A stretch of DNA of 64,000 nt from the NCBI GenBank assembly GCA_046294625.1, contig JBKBKN010000010.1, positions 27,151 through 91,150 on the forward strand. The letters run 5' to 3'. Below the pieces are notes generated by a model that was given only the letters and a program-made list of their open reading frames with translations, did not search any database and had not been told where the DNA came from. The stretch's first letter is position 1. Each line of letters starts with the position of its first letter. The DNA is from Flavobacteriales bacterium. GTDB lineage: Bacteria; Bacteroidota; Bacteroidia; M30B66. The translations under genes and the position numbers were made by a program. Below are positions 9,201-21,009 of the stretch, piece by piece.

Positions 9201-9842
9201 TCAGCGAATATCATTCACATCCACGCCGGGATGATCTTTAATATTGAATGTAAATGCGGCGTCTTCAATAGCTTGATTGGGTGAAAATTTCTTTATGTCG
9301 TAGGTATAAAGATTGCCGTTTTTTCCTTTCACCTCCGATTTTAATACCTGCATGGCTGTTTTGTCAATATATAGCCTGATGCTATTAAAGTCTTTTTCTT
9401 TAGGGTTGGTAGGGAATAAATCGATTACATAGGCGACTTTACCGGACACATTCTCTTCATTAACATATTTGTATTTATAACCCTTTTCCCACATGGTGAA
9501 AATATTTTTGGGGTTCAGCGCTTCATCATTCGAAGAAGGTGTGCTAATTTCCACTTCATTGTCAGATTTAAGAAATTTCCACATGGTTTTTCCATCAAAA
9601 TAGATTACCTGTTCGCCCATGTCGAGTTTGTAGCGATCACCTTTAATTTTGATTTTCCAGTTTTGGGTGGAATTGATTTTTTTCTCTTTGTTCACCAGTG
9701 AATAGGTAAATTCTGATGTAATGGAAGAATAGGCTTTAGTTTTAGCACTAAGTTTATCTAAAATATCTTTTGCCTTTTTATCTTCTTGAGCTTGTAAAGT
9801 GGAGAAGACAAAACTAATGATTATAATGAACAATCTTTTCAT
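9201..9842 (-). CDS. lolA: Outer-membrane lipoprotein carrier LolA-family protein
   Basis: Signal peptide; IYFDGKTMW and FTF...HPGVDVNDIR; lies downstream of ftsK, the usual synteny. Confidence 0.85.
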   Translation of the reverse strand: MKRLFIIIISFVFSTLQAQEDKKAKDILDKLSAKTKAYSSITSEFTYSLVNKEKKINSTQNWKIKIKGDRYKLDMGEQVIYFDGKTMWKFLKSDNEVEISTPSSNDEALNPKNIFTMWEKGYKYKYVNEENVSGKVAYVIDLFPTNPKEKDFNSIRLYIDKTAMQVLKSEVKGKNGNLYTYDIKKFSPNQAIEDAAFTFNIKDHPGVDVNDIR

Positions 9843-9897
9843 TTTCTGTTAACGGGATTTAATCTATTATTGGTTTTTACTTAGCTTTTTTAGCTGC

Positions 9898-12471
9898 TTA
9901 TTGTTGTCCGTTCAAAAACTGTTCCAAAGCTAATGAATCTTTAATTAATACCTTTCTGGCTTTGCTTCCTTCAAAAGGACCAATAATATTTGCTTTTTCT
10001 AACTGATCGATAATTCTTCCTGCTCTGTTGTAGCCTAACTTGAGTTTCCTTTGCAGCAATGATGCAGAACCTTGTTGATGCATCACTACAATATGTGCTG
10101 CATCGTTGAACATGGCATCGCGATCACCGATATCGAAGTCATCGTCCGGATCGGCATTCTCATCCACATATTCAGGCAGCTCATAAGCAGATGGGTATCC
10201 ACGCTGATTGCCAATGAACTCGGTGATTTTGTCCACTTCAGGTGTGTCAACGAATGGGCATTGCAAGCGAACCAAGTCACTTCCTGTGGAAAAAAGCATA
10301 TCGCCTCTTCCTATCAGCTGCTCAGCGCCGCCGCTATCGAGAATGGTGCGTGAGTCGATTTTTGATGTTACGCGGAAGGCAATGCGTGCGGGGAAGTTGG
10401 CTTTGATGGTTCCTGTAATAATGTTTACGGAAGGTCGCTGTGTGGCGATTATCAAGTGAATACCAATGGCACGAGCTAATTGCGCTAATCGTGCAATAGG
10501 GAGTTCAACTTCTTTGCCTGCAGTCATAATCAAATCAGCAAACTCATCTACCACGAGTACCACATAAGGCATAAAATGATGCCCTTTCTTGGGGTTCAGT
10601 TTGCGACTCAGGAACTTGGCATTATATTCTTTAATGTTACGCACCATAGCAAGTTTAAGGAGTTCATATCGCTCATCCATTAGTATGCACAAGGAGTTGA
10701 GTGTATGCACTACCTTTTTTGTGTCGGTGATGATGGCATCTTCGCCACCCGGCAATTTTGCGAGGAAGTGTCGTTCAATTTTGGTAAATAGCGTGAGTTC
10801 CACTTTTTTGGGATCTACTAGAACAAACTTGATTTGCGATGGGTGCTTTTTGTAAAGCAGAGAAACCAATATAGCATTCAACCCCACCGACTTACCTTGT
10901 CCTGTAGCACCTGCCATGAGTAAGTGCGGCATTTTAGCCAAATCGGCTACAAATGGGTCATTGGAAATGGTTTTTCCTAAAGCCACAGGCAGCTCCATAT
11001 TAGCATTCACAAATTTGTCGCTCGATAGCATGGTCCGCATCGGCACAATCTCCGGGTTTTGATTCGGCACTTCAATACCAATCGTTCCCTTCCCGGGCAT
11101 TGGAGCGATAATTCTGATTCCAAGCGCGGCTAAACTCAATGCGATATCATCTTCAAGATTCTTGATTTTTGAAATTCTTACCCCTGCTTCGGGCACAATT
11201 TCATAAAGGGTAACCGTAGGACCCACACTGGCTTTGATTTTGCTGATTCCGATATTGTAGTTCTTGAGTGTATCTATAATACGGTTCTTGTTTGCTTCAA
11301 GCTCCTGCATGAGCTCATTTTTATCGACTTTTCGTTGCGATGAATATTGTTCAAGGAGCTCCAATTCAGGGTATTTATAGTCTGATAAATCGAGAGTAGG
11401 ATCGTAGTCATCGAGATCGAAGTCTTCTTCTTCATTAGTCACTTCCACAATGTTCATCCGCTCTTTGTCGAGTTCGCTCAGAGAACCTTGATTTGTAGCC
11501 GTTTCGGTAGTTTCGGGTGCATCTTCTTCTTGTTGTTCATCAATAAAGAACTCAGGTTCTTCCATTACCGGTTCTTGCGCTTTTCTTGCTTGCGGCGATT
11601 CTGTAATCATTGGCGACTCAAACTCGATTCCCGTAATCGCAGGTTCATCGTCAAGCGCAGTATCATCTTCCTCGTCTTCCACAAATGGAGACTCATTATC
11701 ATCTTCTTCGGTAATGTCATCATCATCTGCAGCTTGCGAATCTTTGTCACTAAACATCATTTTGAGTCGATCCATCATAGGGGAATTACCCGATGTTTGT
11801 AGTTCTTCTTTTACAGTTTCCTTCTTTTTGAATTCAGGAAGTCGGATATTAATTTTCATCACCAAAATGACGAATGCACCAAGGGTGAATAATAACAAAA
11901 GCAAACTTCCAATTTTACCCAAAGAAGCAGATAGCATGGAGCCTATTGCATATCCAAAACCGCCTGAAATGACCGAGCTTTCACCTTCGGTGAAAAATGA
12001 TGTGGAAACGGAAATGAAAACAGTGAAAAAACTCACATAGAGCGCAGTCTTTCCTAGATTTAGTAGTGAAACACCCAAGAATATTCTCACGGAAACCAGA
12101 AAGAGCAGAAAGGGAATGAAGAAAGCCGCGATTCCAAACCAGTTATTGAAGAAGATATAGGACCACAAAGCGCCCAATTTTCCCAATGAATTTTCTGCCT
12201 TGATGTTTTTGTCGGTTAAATAAGTAAACCATGAACTTTGACTCACCTTGTCATAGTCTTCTTGCCAATTGAAGAAATAGGAAATAAAAGAAAACAGGAG
12301 AAATAACGAGAACAAGAGCATAAAGAGCCCGAAGACTTTGTGCGTTCTTTCATTTCGAAGAAAATCGATAGTGGCAATGAAAAAATTTTTCAGGCCTGAT
12401 GATTTCTTTGCATTGCTTTTCGATTCCCTGATCGGCCCGGAATCTTTTGACTTGATTTGTTTTTTTGCCAT
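9898..12471 (-). CDS. ftsK: DNA translocase FtsK
   Basis: 4TM N-domain, acidic linker, MPHLLMAGATGQGKS, VVDEFADL, and gamma domain SLLQRKLKLGYNRAGR; start taken at MAKKQ (alternative GTG at 12528). Confidence 0.97.
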   Translation of the reverse strand: MAKKQIKSKDSGPIRESKSNAKKSSGLKNFFIATIDFLRNERTHKVFGLFMLLFSLFLLFSFISYFFNWQEDYDKVSQSSWFTYLTDKNIKAENSLGKLGALWSYIFFNNWFGIAAFFIPFLLFLVSVRIFLGVSLLNLGKTALYVSFFTVFISVSTSFFTEGESSVISGGFGYAIGSMLSASLGKIGSLLLLLFTLGAFVILVMKINIRLPEFKKKETVKEELQTSGNSPMMDRLKMMFSDKDSQAADDDDITEEDDNESPFVEDEEDDTALDDEPAITGIEFESPMITESPQARKAQEPVMEEPEFFIDEQQEEDAPETTETATNQGSLSELDKERMNIVEVTNEEEDFDLDDYDPTLDLSDYKYPELELLEQYSSQRKVDKNELMQELEANKNRIIDTLKNYNIGISKIKASVGPTVTLYEIVPEAGVRISKIKNLEDDIALSLAALGIRIIAPMPGKGTIGIEVPNQNPEIVPMRTMLSSDKFVNANMELPVALGKTISNDPFVADLAKMPHLLMAGATGQGKSVGLNAILVSLLYKKHPSQIKFVLVDPKKVELTLFTKIERHFLAKLPGGEDAIITDTKKVVHTLNSLCILMDERYELLKLAMVRNIKEYNAKFLSRKLNPKKGHHFMPYVVLVVDEFADLIMTAGKEVELPIARLAQLARAIGIHLIIATQRPSVNIITGTIKANFPARIAFRVTSKIDSRTILDSGGAEQLIGRGDMLFSTGSDLVRLQCPFVDTPEVDKITEFIGNQRGYPSAYELPEYVDENADPDDDFDIGDRDAMFNDAAHIVVMHQQGSASLLQRKLKLGYNRAGRIIDQLEKANIIGPFEGSKARKVLIKDSLALEQFLNGQQ

Positions 12472-12630
12472 TTCGCTTTCACTCCTTCCCGGAATCTCAA
12501 AAATATCTATCCGGGATATAATAAACACGTAAAATTATATGCCTTATTATTCATGCTGAGCCAGTCTGCCTGAAACTTATCAAAAGGATTTTTCAACATA
12601 TTGCTTTTGCTTCTGTAGCTATGCGGAAAA

Positions 12631-12668
12631 TATAAAAGGCGACTTTCTTTAGAAAGTCGCCTTTTATA
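12631..12668 (-). terminator. Intrinsic terminator after atpDC (bidirectional shape)
   Basis: Perfect 18-bp inverted repeat TATAAAAGGCGACTTTCT-TT-AGAAAGTCGCCTTTTATA. Confidence 0.88.
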
Positions 12669-12689
12669 AGGCATATTGAATGAACGGCA

Positions 12690-12926
12690 TTACTCTGCCA
12701 AAACAATCACTTTGTTTTTGTTTACTTCGACTACCCCACCGTTCACTTCAAAGCTGATTGAAGCCTGCGCTTTATCAACGATATTGATCTTTCCTTTTTG
12801 TAGGGCAGAAATAAGTGGAGCGTGATTGTCAAGTACGCCAAAGGATCCATCTAATCCGGGAAGTTGAATGGACTTCACTTCGCCTTCATAGAGCTTTTTG
12901 TCTGGAGTGATTATTTCTAAGTTCAT
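12690..12926 (-). CDS. atpC: ATP synthase F1 epsilon subunit (short form)
   Basis: LEIITPD..LYEGEV, LPGLDGSFGVLDNHAPL; lacks the C-terminal helices. Confidence 0.95.
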   Translation of the reverse strand: MNLEIITPDKKLYEGEVKSIQLPGLDGSFGVLDNHAPLISALQKGKINIVDKAQASISFEVNGGVVEVNKNKVIVLAE

Positions 12927-12934
12927 TGGATTAA

Positions 12935-14467
<1,533 letters not shown>

Positions 14468-14602
14468 TTAAAATGATTCGTTGAAATCGAGCGCGAAATT
14501 AAAACTTATTTTAACCTAGCTGTTAAAATTTGCAATATTATTTTTTGATGCCGTAAAAGGCTATAAAATTAAGACCTTTGTGCTTGAATTTAATTTGAAG
14601 TT

Positions 14603-15655
14603 ATGTTTCAGGAGCAGGTAAAAAATACTCCACTCAATCAATTGGGTGAATTTGGTTTAATAAAACATCTCACGCAGAACCTTGCATTGCATCATAAATC
14701 ATCCATAAAGGGAGTAGGTGATGATGCAGCTGTAATCAGACCCAATGATGATAAAGAAATCTTGGTGAGTTCGGATATGCTCATTGAAGGAATTCATTTT
14801 GATGTAACCTACATGCCGATGAAGCACTTGGGATATAAGGCTGCGGTGGTCAACTTTTCTGATATCTATGCTATGATGGGCCAACCTAAGCAAATGCTCG
14901 TTTCTATGGCTGTTTCAAGTAAATATACGGTAGAAGCCCTTGAAGAGCTATACGAAGGGATAATGCTGGCATGTAAAACATACAATGTCGACTTGGTTGG
15001 GGGAGACACCACAAGCTCAGTTTATGGTCTTAATATTAGCATCACGGTGATAGGGGAAGCCACAAAAGAAGGAGCTGTTTACAGAAACACAGCCCAAAAA
15101 GGAGACCTGATTATAGTGAGTGGTGATCTTGGAGGTGCATACATGGGTTTACAAATACTAGAACGCGAGAAAGCTGTTTTTAAGGAAAACCCTGCCATTC
15201 AGCCCGATCTTCAGGGATTCGATTATATCTTAGAGCGCCAATTAAAGCCTGAAGCCAGAAAAGATGTGGTTGCAAAACTAATTGATGCGGGGATTCGTCC
15301 AACTTCTATGATAGATATTTCGGATGGACTTTCATCGGAAATCATGCATTTGTGCACACAATCTAGCCTCGGCTGCAAATTATATGAAGACAAATTACCA
15401 ATTGACCCGCTTACCTATAATGTTGCCCGTGAGTTTGATCTAGATCCTACTACTTGTGCCTTAAATGGTGGAGAAGATTACGAATTGCTGTTTACAATAC
15501 CACAAACGGATTTTGAAAAGATCAAGAATGATCCTGATTTAACCATTATTGGATATATGACAGATGCTTCAGACGAACATTTATTAGTGGACAAAAGTGG
15601 AGGCGTCCATGAACTAAAGGCTCAGGGGTGGAAAGTATTTAATGGCAACAATTAA
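14603..15655 (+). CDS. thiL: Thiamine-monophosphate kinase
   Basis: GEFGLI, GVGDDAAV, LVGGDT, MIDISDGL, GGEDYELLFT motifs. Confidence 0.96.
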   Translation: MFQEQVKNTPLNQLGEFGLIKHLTQNLALHHKSSIKGVGDDAAVIRPNDDKEILVSSDMLIEGIHFDVTYMPMKHLGYKAAVVNFSDIYAMMGQPKQMLVSMAVSSKYTVEALEELYEGIMLACKTYNVDLVGGDTTSSVYGLNISITVIGEATKEGAVYRNTAQKGDLIIVSGDLGGAYMGLQILEREKAVFKENPAIQPDLQGFDYILERQLKPEARKDVVAKLIDAGIRPTSMIDISDGLSSEIMHLCTQSSLGCKLYEDKLPIDPLTYNVAREFDLDPTTCALNGGEDYELLFTIPQTDFEKIKNDPDLTIIGYMTDASDEHLLVDKSGGVHELKAQGWKVFNGNN

Positions 15656-15661
15656 TGTTTC

Positions 15662-16075
15662 TCAATAAAGCAATAGCATTGCGATTGTGGAAAGGATAAA
15701 GTAAGGCACGAGTGAACCCGCACCTGCATAATCTTTTGCAATACGTTGACCAAAAAACAAAAATAAAAGCGAAATCGCCGAAAAGAGTGCTCCATAATAT
15801 GCCACTACGCTCATTTCTCTGAATATGAGATACAAAACGCCAAAGGCAGACAGAAAACCTGCTGCTACTTCTGTTATGGTAACTACTATAAACATAAATG
15901 GCACAAAGGAGCTTAAAAAAGTATTGGCGAAATGCGTGTAGAGCCACGAAACATTTTCCCTAAAATTGAAAACTTTGTCTAGGCCAGATTGAATAAATAG
16001 GATGGCTAGAAAAGCAGCAATGATTATTCGTGGGTAAAGCAGAATTGAAACATCATTAGGTATAAGATTTTCCAT
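15662..16075 (-). CDS. DoxX-family membrane protein
   Basis: FLAILFIQSGLDKV and LFFGQRIAKDY.GA; 4 TM segments. Confidence 0.82.
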   Translation of the reverse strand: MENLIPNDVSILLYPRIIIAAFLAILFIQSGLDKVFNFRENVSWLYTHFANTFLSSFVPFMFIVVTITEVAAGFLSAFGVLYLIFREMSVVAYYGALFSAISLLFLFFGQRIAKDYAGAGSLVPYFILSTIAMLLLY

Positions 16076-16232
16076 AGGCAGGTTTGAATGATTTGGTGAT
16101 GACAAAGATTGTATTAAATCTCAAATCTGCAAATTTTGGGCAATAATTATCTATTGGATTTTCAGGCTATTGTGTGGGTTGTTTTAGGGTGAAAAATATT
16201 AAAATAGCATTCACCTATAGTTTAATTGAGCC

Positions 16233-18224
16233 TTAAGCTGCTTTTACAATAGCTTTGCTGTAGCTTCGAATCTTTTTGAATAGCTCTTCTTGTTCCAGAG
16301 GTTTGGTTAGCAAGTCATTCATGCCGGCCATAAGTACTTTTTCTTTGGTTTCTGGGAATGCATCGGCTGTCAGAGCAATAATTGCAATTTCAGGATTTCT
16401 AACCCTATTCGCCTTATCTCGAATTCTAAGCGTAGCTTCAATCCCATCCATCACTGGCATTTGAAGGTCCATTAACACCAGATCATAGTCGTCTGATTTG
16501 AGTTTATCCAGCGCTATGAGTCCATTGTCTGCAAAATCAGCTTGCACGTTCCAAAGTTCTAAAACCTGACCGGCCACAAACTGGTTCATCTTGTTGTCTT
16601 CTACGATCAGTACCTTTACACCGCTTAAGTCTTTTACTTCGAGCGTTTCAATATTCTCTTCTTGGGTTTGATTGATCTTCGCATCACTTTTTCTATATGG
16701 AATTCTAACGGTAAATGTAGTTCCTTCGCCTAGTTTTGAATTTAACGTAATTTCTCCATTTTGAAGGATAACTAAACGCCGAGTGATGGCGAGACCAAGA
16801 CCTGTGCCTCCGAAATTTCGGGTGGTGTCAGCCGAAGCCTGTGTGTAACTCTCAAAAACAGAGTTGAGCTTGTTTTCAGGGATTCCAATGCCTGTGTCTT
16901 TTACACTAAATTGGATATCCATTTGATTGCCACCATACTCGCGAAGGTTTTCTACTTTTAATGTGACAGAGCCCCGTTCGGTAAATTTGATGGCATTGCT
17001 TAATAGATTCAATAAGATTTGATTGAGTCGATAGGGATCGCCTTTAATCATTTCAGGCACATTGTCATCAATTTCAAAATTCAGATCAATTCCTTTCTCC
17101 TTTGCTTTGAAGATGAAAGTCTTCTTGATTTCGTTCACCTTTCCATAAAGATCGAAGTCAATATCTTCAAATTCGATCTTGCCGCTCTCGATTTTGGAAA
17201 AATCAAGAATATCATTGATGATGACCAATAAATTATCGGCCGAATATTTGATTGACTTTATGTTTTCATACACATTGTCTTCCAATTTGGTTCTGAGTAG
17301 TAGTTCCGACAAACCAATTATGGCATTCATTGGTGTGCGAATTTCATGACTCATGTTGCTCAGGAATTCCGATTTCCGTTTCGCCATTTGTTCAGCATCA
17401 ATTTTGGCTTGTAGAATATCTCGCTCAGCTTGTTTCCTTTCTTCGAAATCTTCACCATACACAGCCACTCCCTTCACTTCTCCATTATCTCCAATGATCG
17501 GCTTAAATTTCATTTCATAGAAATGGGTATTAAGACTTAGCTCACCAATTTCCATTACTTCATTTTTAGCTTCTCCAGCCAAAGCATTTTGAAAGATGGT
17601 TTTAACTTGTTCAGACGCCACCCCTTTGCCGAATATATCCAATACATTCATCCCTAAGCTGATTTCTACCCCATAATTCTTCTGCACCACATCGGCATGA
17701 ATGGAGTTAAATGCGGTGTATTCAAATTGGTTGTCGTAAGAGAATATCATGCTGGAAGTACTTTCCAGGATAGCATTTAATTTTTGGTTGTTCTCTCGCA
17801 ATGCTTTTTCTGCTTCTTCCTTGTCACGGTTTATTTTATTTAAAATAATTCCTTGCCTGATGACACGAGCCAAGGTTTCGGGATTCACTTCAGCTTTAGG
17901 GAAATAGTCAAAAGCTCCGGCTTTCATCATTTCTACAGCAATTTTTTCATCTCCTTGAGATGTTAGCACTGCGATAGGCGCTGCAATTCCAATTGCTCTA
18001 ACCTTCTTAAGTAGGGTTAAACCATCGGTACCCGGAAGTTGGTAGTCAAAAAATATGCAGTCGTATGATTTATTCTTTAGAATTTCCAAGCATTGCTCAG
18101 CATTGGAAGCTGAGCATAATTTGATGTCAATTCCTGTTTTCTTTAAGGCTCTTTGAAATGCCATGATGTCGATTTCATCATCATCGACCAATAGAATATT
18201 TAAGGGGTAGCTAGTTAGCATCAT
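16233..18224 (-). CDS. Hybrid histidine kinase (REC-PAS-HisKA-HATPase-REC)
   Basis: ILLVDDD...FDYQLP; FLSNMSHEIRTPMN; NLLSNAIKFT, DTGIGI, GGTGLGL; C-terminal LMDLQMP. Confidence 0.93.
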   Translation of the reverse strand: MMLTSYPLNILLVDDDEIDIMAFQRALKKTGIDIKLCSASNAEQCLEILKNKSYDCIFFDYQLPGTDGLTLLKKVRAIGIAAPIAVLTSQGDEKIAVEMMKAGAFDYFPKAEVNPETLARVIRQGIILNKINRDKEEAEKALRENNQKLNAILESTSSMIFSYDNQFEYTAFNSIHADVVQKNYGVEISLGMNVLDIFGKGVASEQVKTIFQNALAGEAKNEVMEIGELSLNTHFYEMKFKPIIGDNGEVKGVAVYGEDFEERKQAERDILQAKIDAEQMAKRKSEFLSNMSHEIRTPMNAIIGLSELLLRTKLEDNVYENIKSIKYSADNLLVIINDILDFSKIESGKIEFEDIDFDLYGKVNEIKKTFIFKAKEKGIDLNFEIDDNVPEMIKGDPYRLNQILLNLLSNAIKFTERGSVTLKVENLREYGGNQMDIQFSVKDTGIGIPENKLNSVFESYTQASADTTRNFGGTGLGLAITRRLVILQNGEITLNSKLGEGTTFTVRIPYRKSDAKINQTQEENIETLEVKDLSGVKVLIVEDNKMNQFVAGQVLELWNVQADFADNGLIALDKLKSDDYDLVLMDLQMPVMDGIEATLRIRDKANRVRNPEIAIIALTADAFPETKEKVLMAGMNDLLTKPLEQEELFKKIRSYSKAIVKAA

Positions 18225-18305
18225 AAATGTTTCATGTTAGATACACGAACATTTACGTTATTGATATGAAGAGGTTATAGGGATGTAAGTAAACCGCTCA
18301 AATTG

Positions 18306-18734
18306 TTAGTTTGGATACTCACAAAGTGTCCAGTAATTTTTCAAAATAGCGACTGCACTCACGAAGCTTTCCATTGAAATAGGCTTAACAACATAACCTG
18401 CTACATTTAGGCTGTAAGCATCGACAAGATCTTTTTCTTCATTTGATGTAGTCATCACAAATACAGAAATATTTTTAAGCCTTTCGTCTTTTCTGAGTTC
18501 TTGGAGAAATTCAATCCCACCCATTCTGGGCATATTTAAGTCAAGCAAAATGATTCTTGGTAATGGGTTGATAGCATCTGTGTTTACACCACGAAGCATA
18601 TTGAGGGCTTCAATACCATTGCGTGCAATGTAAAGCGGATTGGTTAAATTATTTTTTTGGAAAGCACGCTTCACGTTCATTACATCTACATCGTCGTCTT
18701 CCACTAGTAAAATATTGACTATTCGATCGGTCAT
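18306..18734 (-). CDS. Single-domain response regulator (Rcp1-like)
   Basis: ILLVEDDDVD, LLDLNMPRMGGIEFL, MTTS, AY.LNVAGYVVKP motifs. Confidence 0.92.
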   Translation of the reverse strand: MTDRIVNILLVEDDDVDVMNVKRAFQKNNLTNPLYIARNGIEALNMLRGVNTDAINPLPRIILLDLNMPRMGGIEFLQELRKDERLKNISVFVMTTSNEEKDLVDAYSLNVAGYVVKPISMESFVSAVAILKNYWTLCEYPN

Positions 18735-18754
18735 TGAGTTGGGAGTTTATCGCG

Positions 18755-18762
18755 CAAACTTA
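18755..18762 (-). promoter_or_regulatory. -7 promoter element upstream of the response regulator
   Basis: TAAGTTTG on the - strand, 20 nt upstream of the ATG. Confidence 0.5.
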
Positions 18763-18806
18763 AATTCTTTCATTGTGAAAGTTAAAAATACTTTTCAACA
18801 GATTGT

Positions 18807-20837
18807 TTAGTTCCATGTGAAATAAAAACATGAGCCTTTGCCAATCTCCGATTCAAGCCAAACTCTGCCGCCTTTATCTTCAACAATTTTTTTCACGATA
18901 GCCAGACCAATTCCGGTGCTTTCGACCACATCTCTTGATTGCAGTGTTTGAAAGATTCCAAAGACTTTCTCATAATATTCTTCGGGGATACCCGGCCCAT
19001 TGTCTTTTATATAAAAACAATGTGTGTTATCATTGTTGGACTTGTAGCCAATCTCTAGTTTCAATGAGTCCTTGTCGTTATATTTTATAGCATTGGATAT
19101 GAAATTGCTAAAAACCTGTTCTATAAGTAACTTCTCCGTATGAAAAGACGGAATTTGATTTTGAACTACAATTTCGGCATTTGCCGGCGGACCTATAGAA
19201 TCGATTAATTCACATATTGCTTCTTTCCCTTTAAACTCGCTGATGTCTGCAGATTTTTTGCCTGCTCTGGAATATTCCAAAATACCAATGATGAGATTTT
19301 CAAGTCTTTTGATTCGGCTACGTAATAGCTCAAAATGCTCTTTGTTGCCTTCATCTAATTTGTCTTCCAGGTCTTCTTGGATCCATTCACTCAGATTGTA
19401 AATAGCTCTTAAAGGAGCCTTCAGGTCATGTGAAACGATGTAAGCAAACTGATCAAGCTCTTTATTGATTCGTTCTAGGTTTTCTGTGTATATTTTTAAT
19501 TGCCGCTCATTCTCAATTCTTTCTGAAATATCTCTTGTGTTTACCACCACTCCCTGAATGTGCGGATGGTTGATAAGATTCGTTGCAACAGATTCGATGT
19601 ATTTATAATTGCCAGATTTAGCTCTAAAGCGATACACCACTGGATTTCCTTCAATTGAATCCTTAACAAGATTGCTAAAACTTGATAAAGTGTGCTCCAG
19701 GTCGTCGGGATGAACAAATTCAAAACCGTTTCTACCTAATATTTCATCTGGCTCATATTCAAATATTTTATAAAACGAAGGACTTTCATAGATGATGTTT
19801 CCTTTGTCGTCTAAAATGGTAACAATGTCTGAAAAATTCTGTATCAATGTTCTAAACTTCTCTTCGCTAATCTTTAATTGCTCTTCAGCTTGAACTTTTG
19901 ATGTGATGTCAGTAATCAATCCATATACTTCTTCCACATTATCGTTCTTCATGATAAAGCTTTGATCACGAATCCAGCAAACTTTACCGGAGCTATTTAA
20001 AATTCGATATTGAAGAGTGTATTCAGGAGTATTGTTGTTTCGGTAATCTTGCAGTTCTTTCTTAAGTCTTTCTCTGTCTTCCTGATAAATTATCTGTTCA
20101 AATCTAAAATCATCAGCTAAGAGTTCTTCAGGTGAGTATCCGAATTGTTCAATATTTTTTGAGACATATTTAACCGGATACCCGGGTTCTCGACTCCATT
20201 TGATCAGTATTACTTTACTTTTTTCGAGAATCAAACTGGCAATTTTATCTTTCCTTTCGTTTTCTATTCTTGTGGAGATATCTTGAAGCGTTCCTGCAAC
20301 TTTTATTAACTTGCCTGAATCATCAAAGGTGTTTTTCAGTGTCCAACTAATGTGCTTTATTTTACCATCGACGCCTCTTACTCTAAATTCGATATCAAAC
20401 TCTTTCTGTTCCTTAATTGCCTGCATCCAAACTTTGTCGATTAATCCAAGGTCTTCTTTGAGAATATTTTGGCGCAATTTGTAAATCAAACTTTCCGAAA
20501 ACTCCAATTGTTTGGGGCTTGTAAATCCAATCAACTCAGCAGCCATTTCAGAGAATCGACTTTCTTGGCTAATAAAATCGATGTAAAAGCTACCCGTTCG
20601 CGAGATTCTTTGCGCATAAATCAGATCACTTTGAAGCTTCAGCAGTTCATCGTTGTTTTTGTTTAGCTTGTTGAGGATATTCTCATACTCAAGGTCAAGA
20701 TTTGTTTTATTTTCAGAAAATTTTTCTTGAAAATCTTTCATGAACGAAGTGATGCACTCTGGTTGATGGGTCCCAAAATGTTTTTGGATGAGTAATTGAA
20801 ATTCTTCGTTTTTGTCATCGTAGTGATTGAATCTCAT
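18807..20837 (-). CDS. Cytoplasmic multi-PAS sensor histidine kinase
   Basis: Three PAS/PAC repeats, FAYIVSHDLKAPL H-box, NFISNAIKY, DNGPGI, TGIGL; no TM segment. Confidence 0.92.
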   Translation of the reverse strand: MRFNHYDDKNEEFQLLIQKHFGTHQPECITSFMKDFQEKFSENKTNLDLEYENILNKLNKNNDELLKLQSDLIYAQRISRTGSFYIDFISQESRFSEMAAELIGFTSPKQLEFSESLIYKLRQNILKEDLGLIDKVWMQAIKEQKEFDIEFRVRGVDGKIKHISWTLKNTFDDSGKLIKVAGTLQDISTRIENERKDKIASLILEKSKVILIKWSREPGYPVKYVSKNIEQFGYSPEELLADDFRFEQIIYQEDRERLKKELQDYRNNNTPEYTLQYRILNSSGKVCWIRDQSFIMKNDNVEEVYGLITDITSKVQAEEQLKISEEKFRTLIQNFSDIVTILDDKGNIIYESPSFYKIFEYEPDEILGRNGFEFVHPDDLEHTLSSFSNLVKDSIEGNPVVYRFRAKSGNYKYIESVATNLINHPHIQGVVVNTRDISERIENERQLKIYTENLERINKELDQFAYIVSHDLKAPLRAIYNLSEWIQEDLEDKLDEGNKEHFELLRSRIKRLENLIIGILEYSRAGKKSADISEFKGKEAICELIDSIGPPANAEIVVQNQIPSFHTEKLLIEQVFSNFISNAIKYNDKDSLKLEIGYKSNNDNTHCFYIKDNGPGIPEEYYEKVFGIFQTLQSRDVVESTGIGLAIVKKIVEDKGGRVWLESEIGKGSCFYFTWN

Positions 20838-20953
20838 AATTGTGGGTCTAGTTTGCTTGTAATAATGTATAGTGTCCGATAGGTAGTTTTAATACTAACA
20901 ATATTACGTACTAGGCGGGAATGGGTTCTGTCTGATTACTTTAAAATATTAAC

Positions 20954-20991
20954 AAAAAGCACCTTTGGCTTACATGGCCGGAGGGCTTTTT
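20954..20991 (-). terminator. Probable intrinsic terminator after the T9SS cargo gene
   Basis: Imperfect hairpin AAAAAGCACCTTTGGC...GCCGGAGGGCTTTTT with A and T tails. Confidence 0.5.
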
Positions 20992-21009
20992 AAAACATCT
21001 TAGTTTAGG

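Noticed and set aside
12631-12668. Perfect 18-bp inverted repeat as a possible mobile-element end or operator
   Set aside because: Position just after atpC and the A/T tails fit a terminator; I saw no second copy
19700-19760. GRNGFEF in the third PAS domain, resembling the LOV motif GRNCRFLQ
   Set aside because: Lacks the photoactive Cys and the RFLQ residues; ordinary PAS sequence
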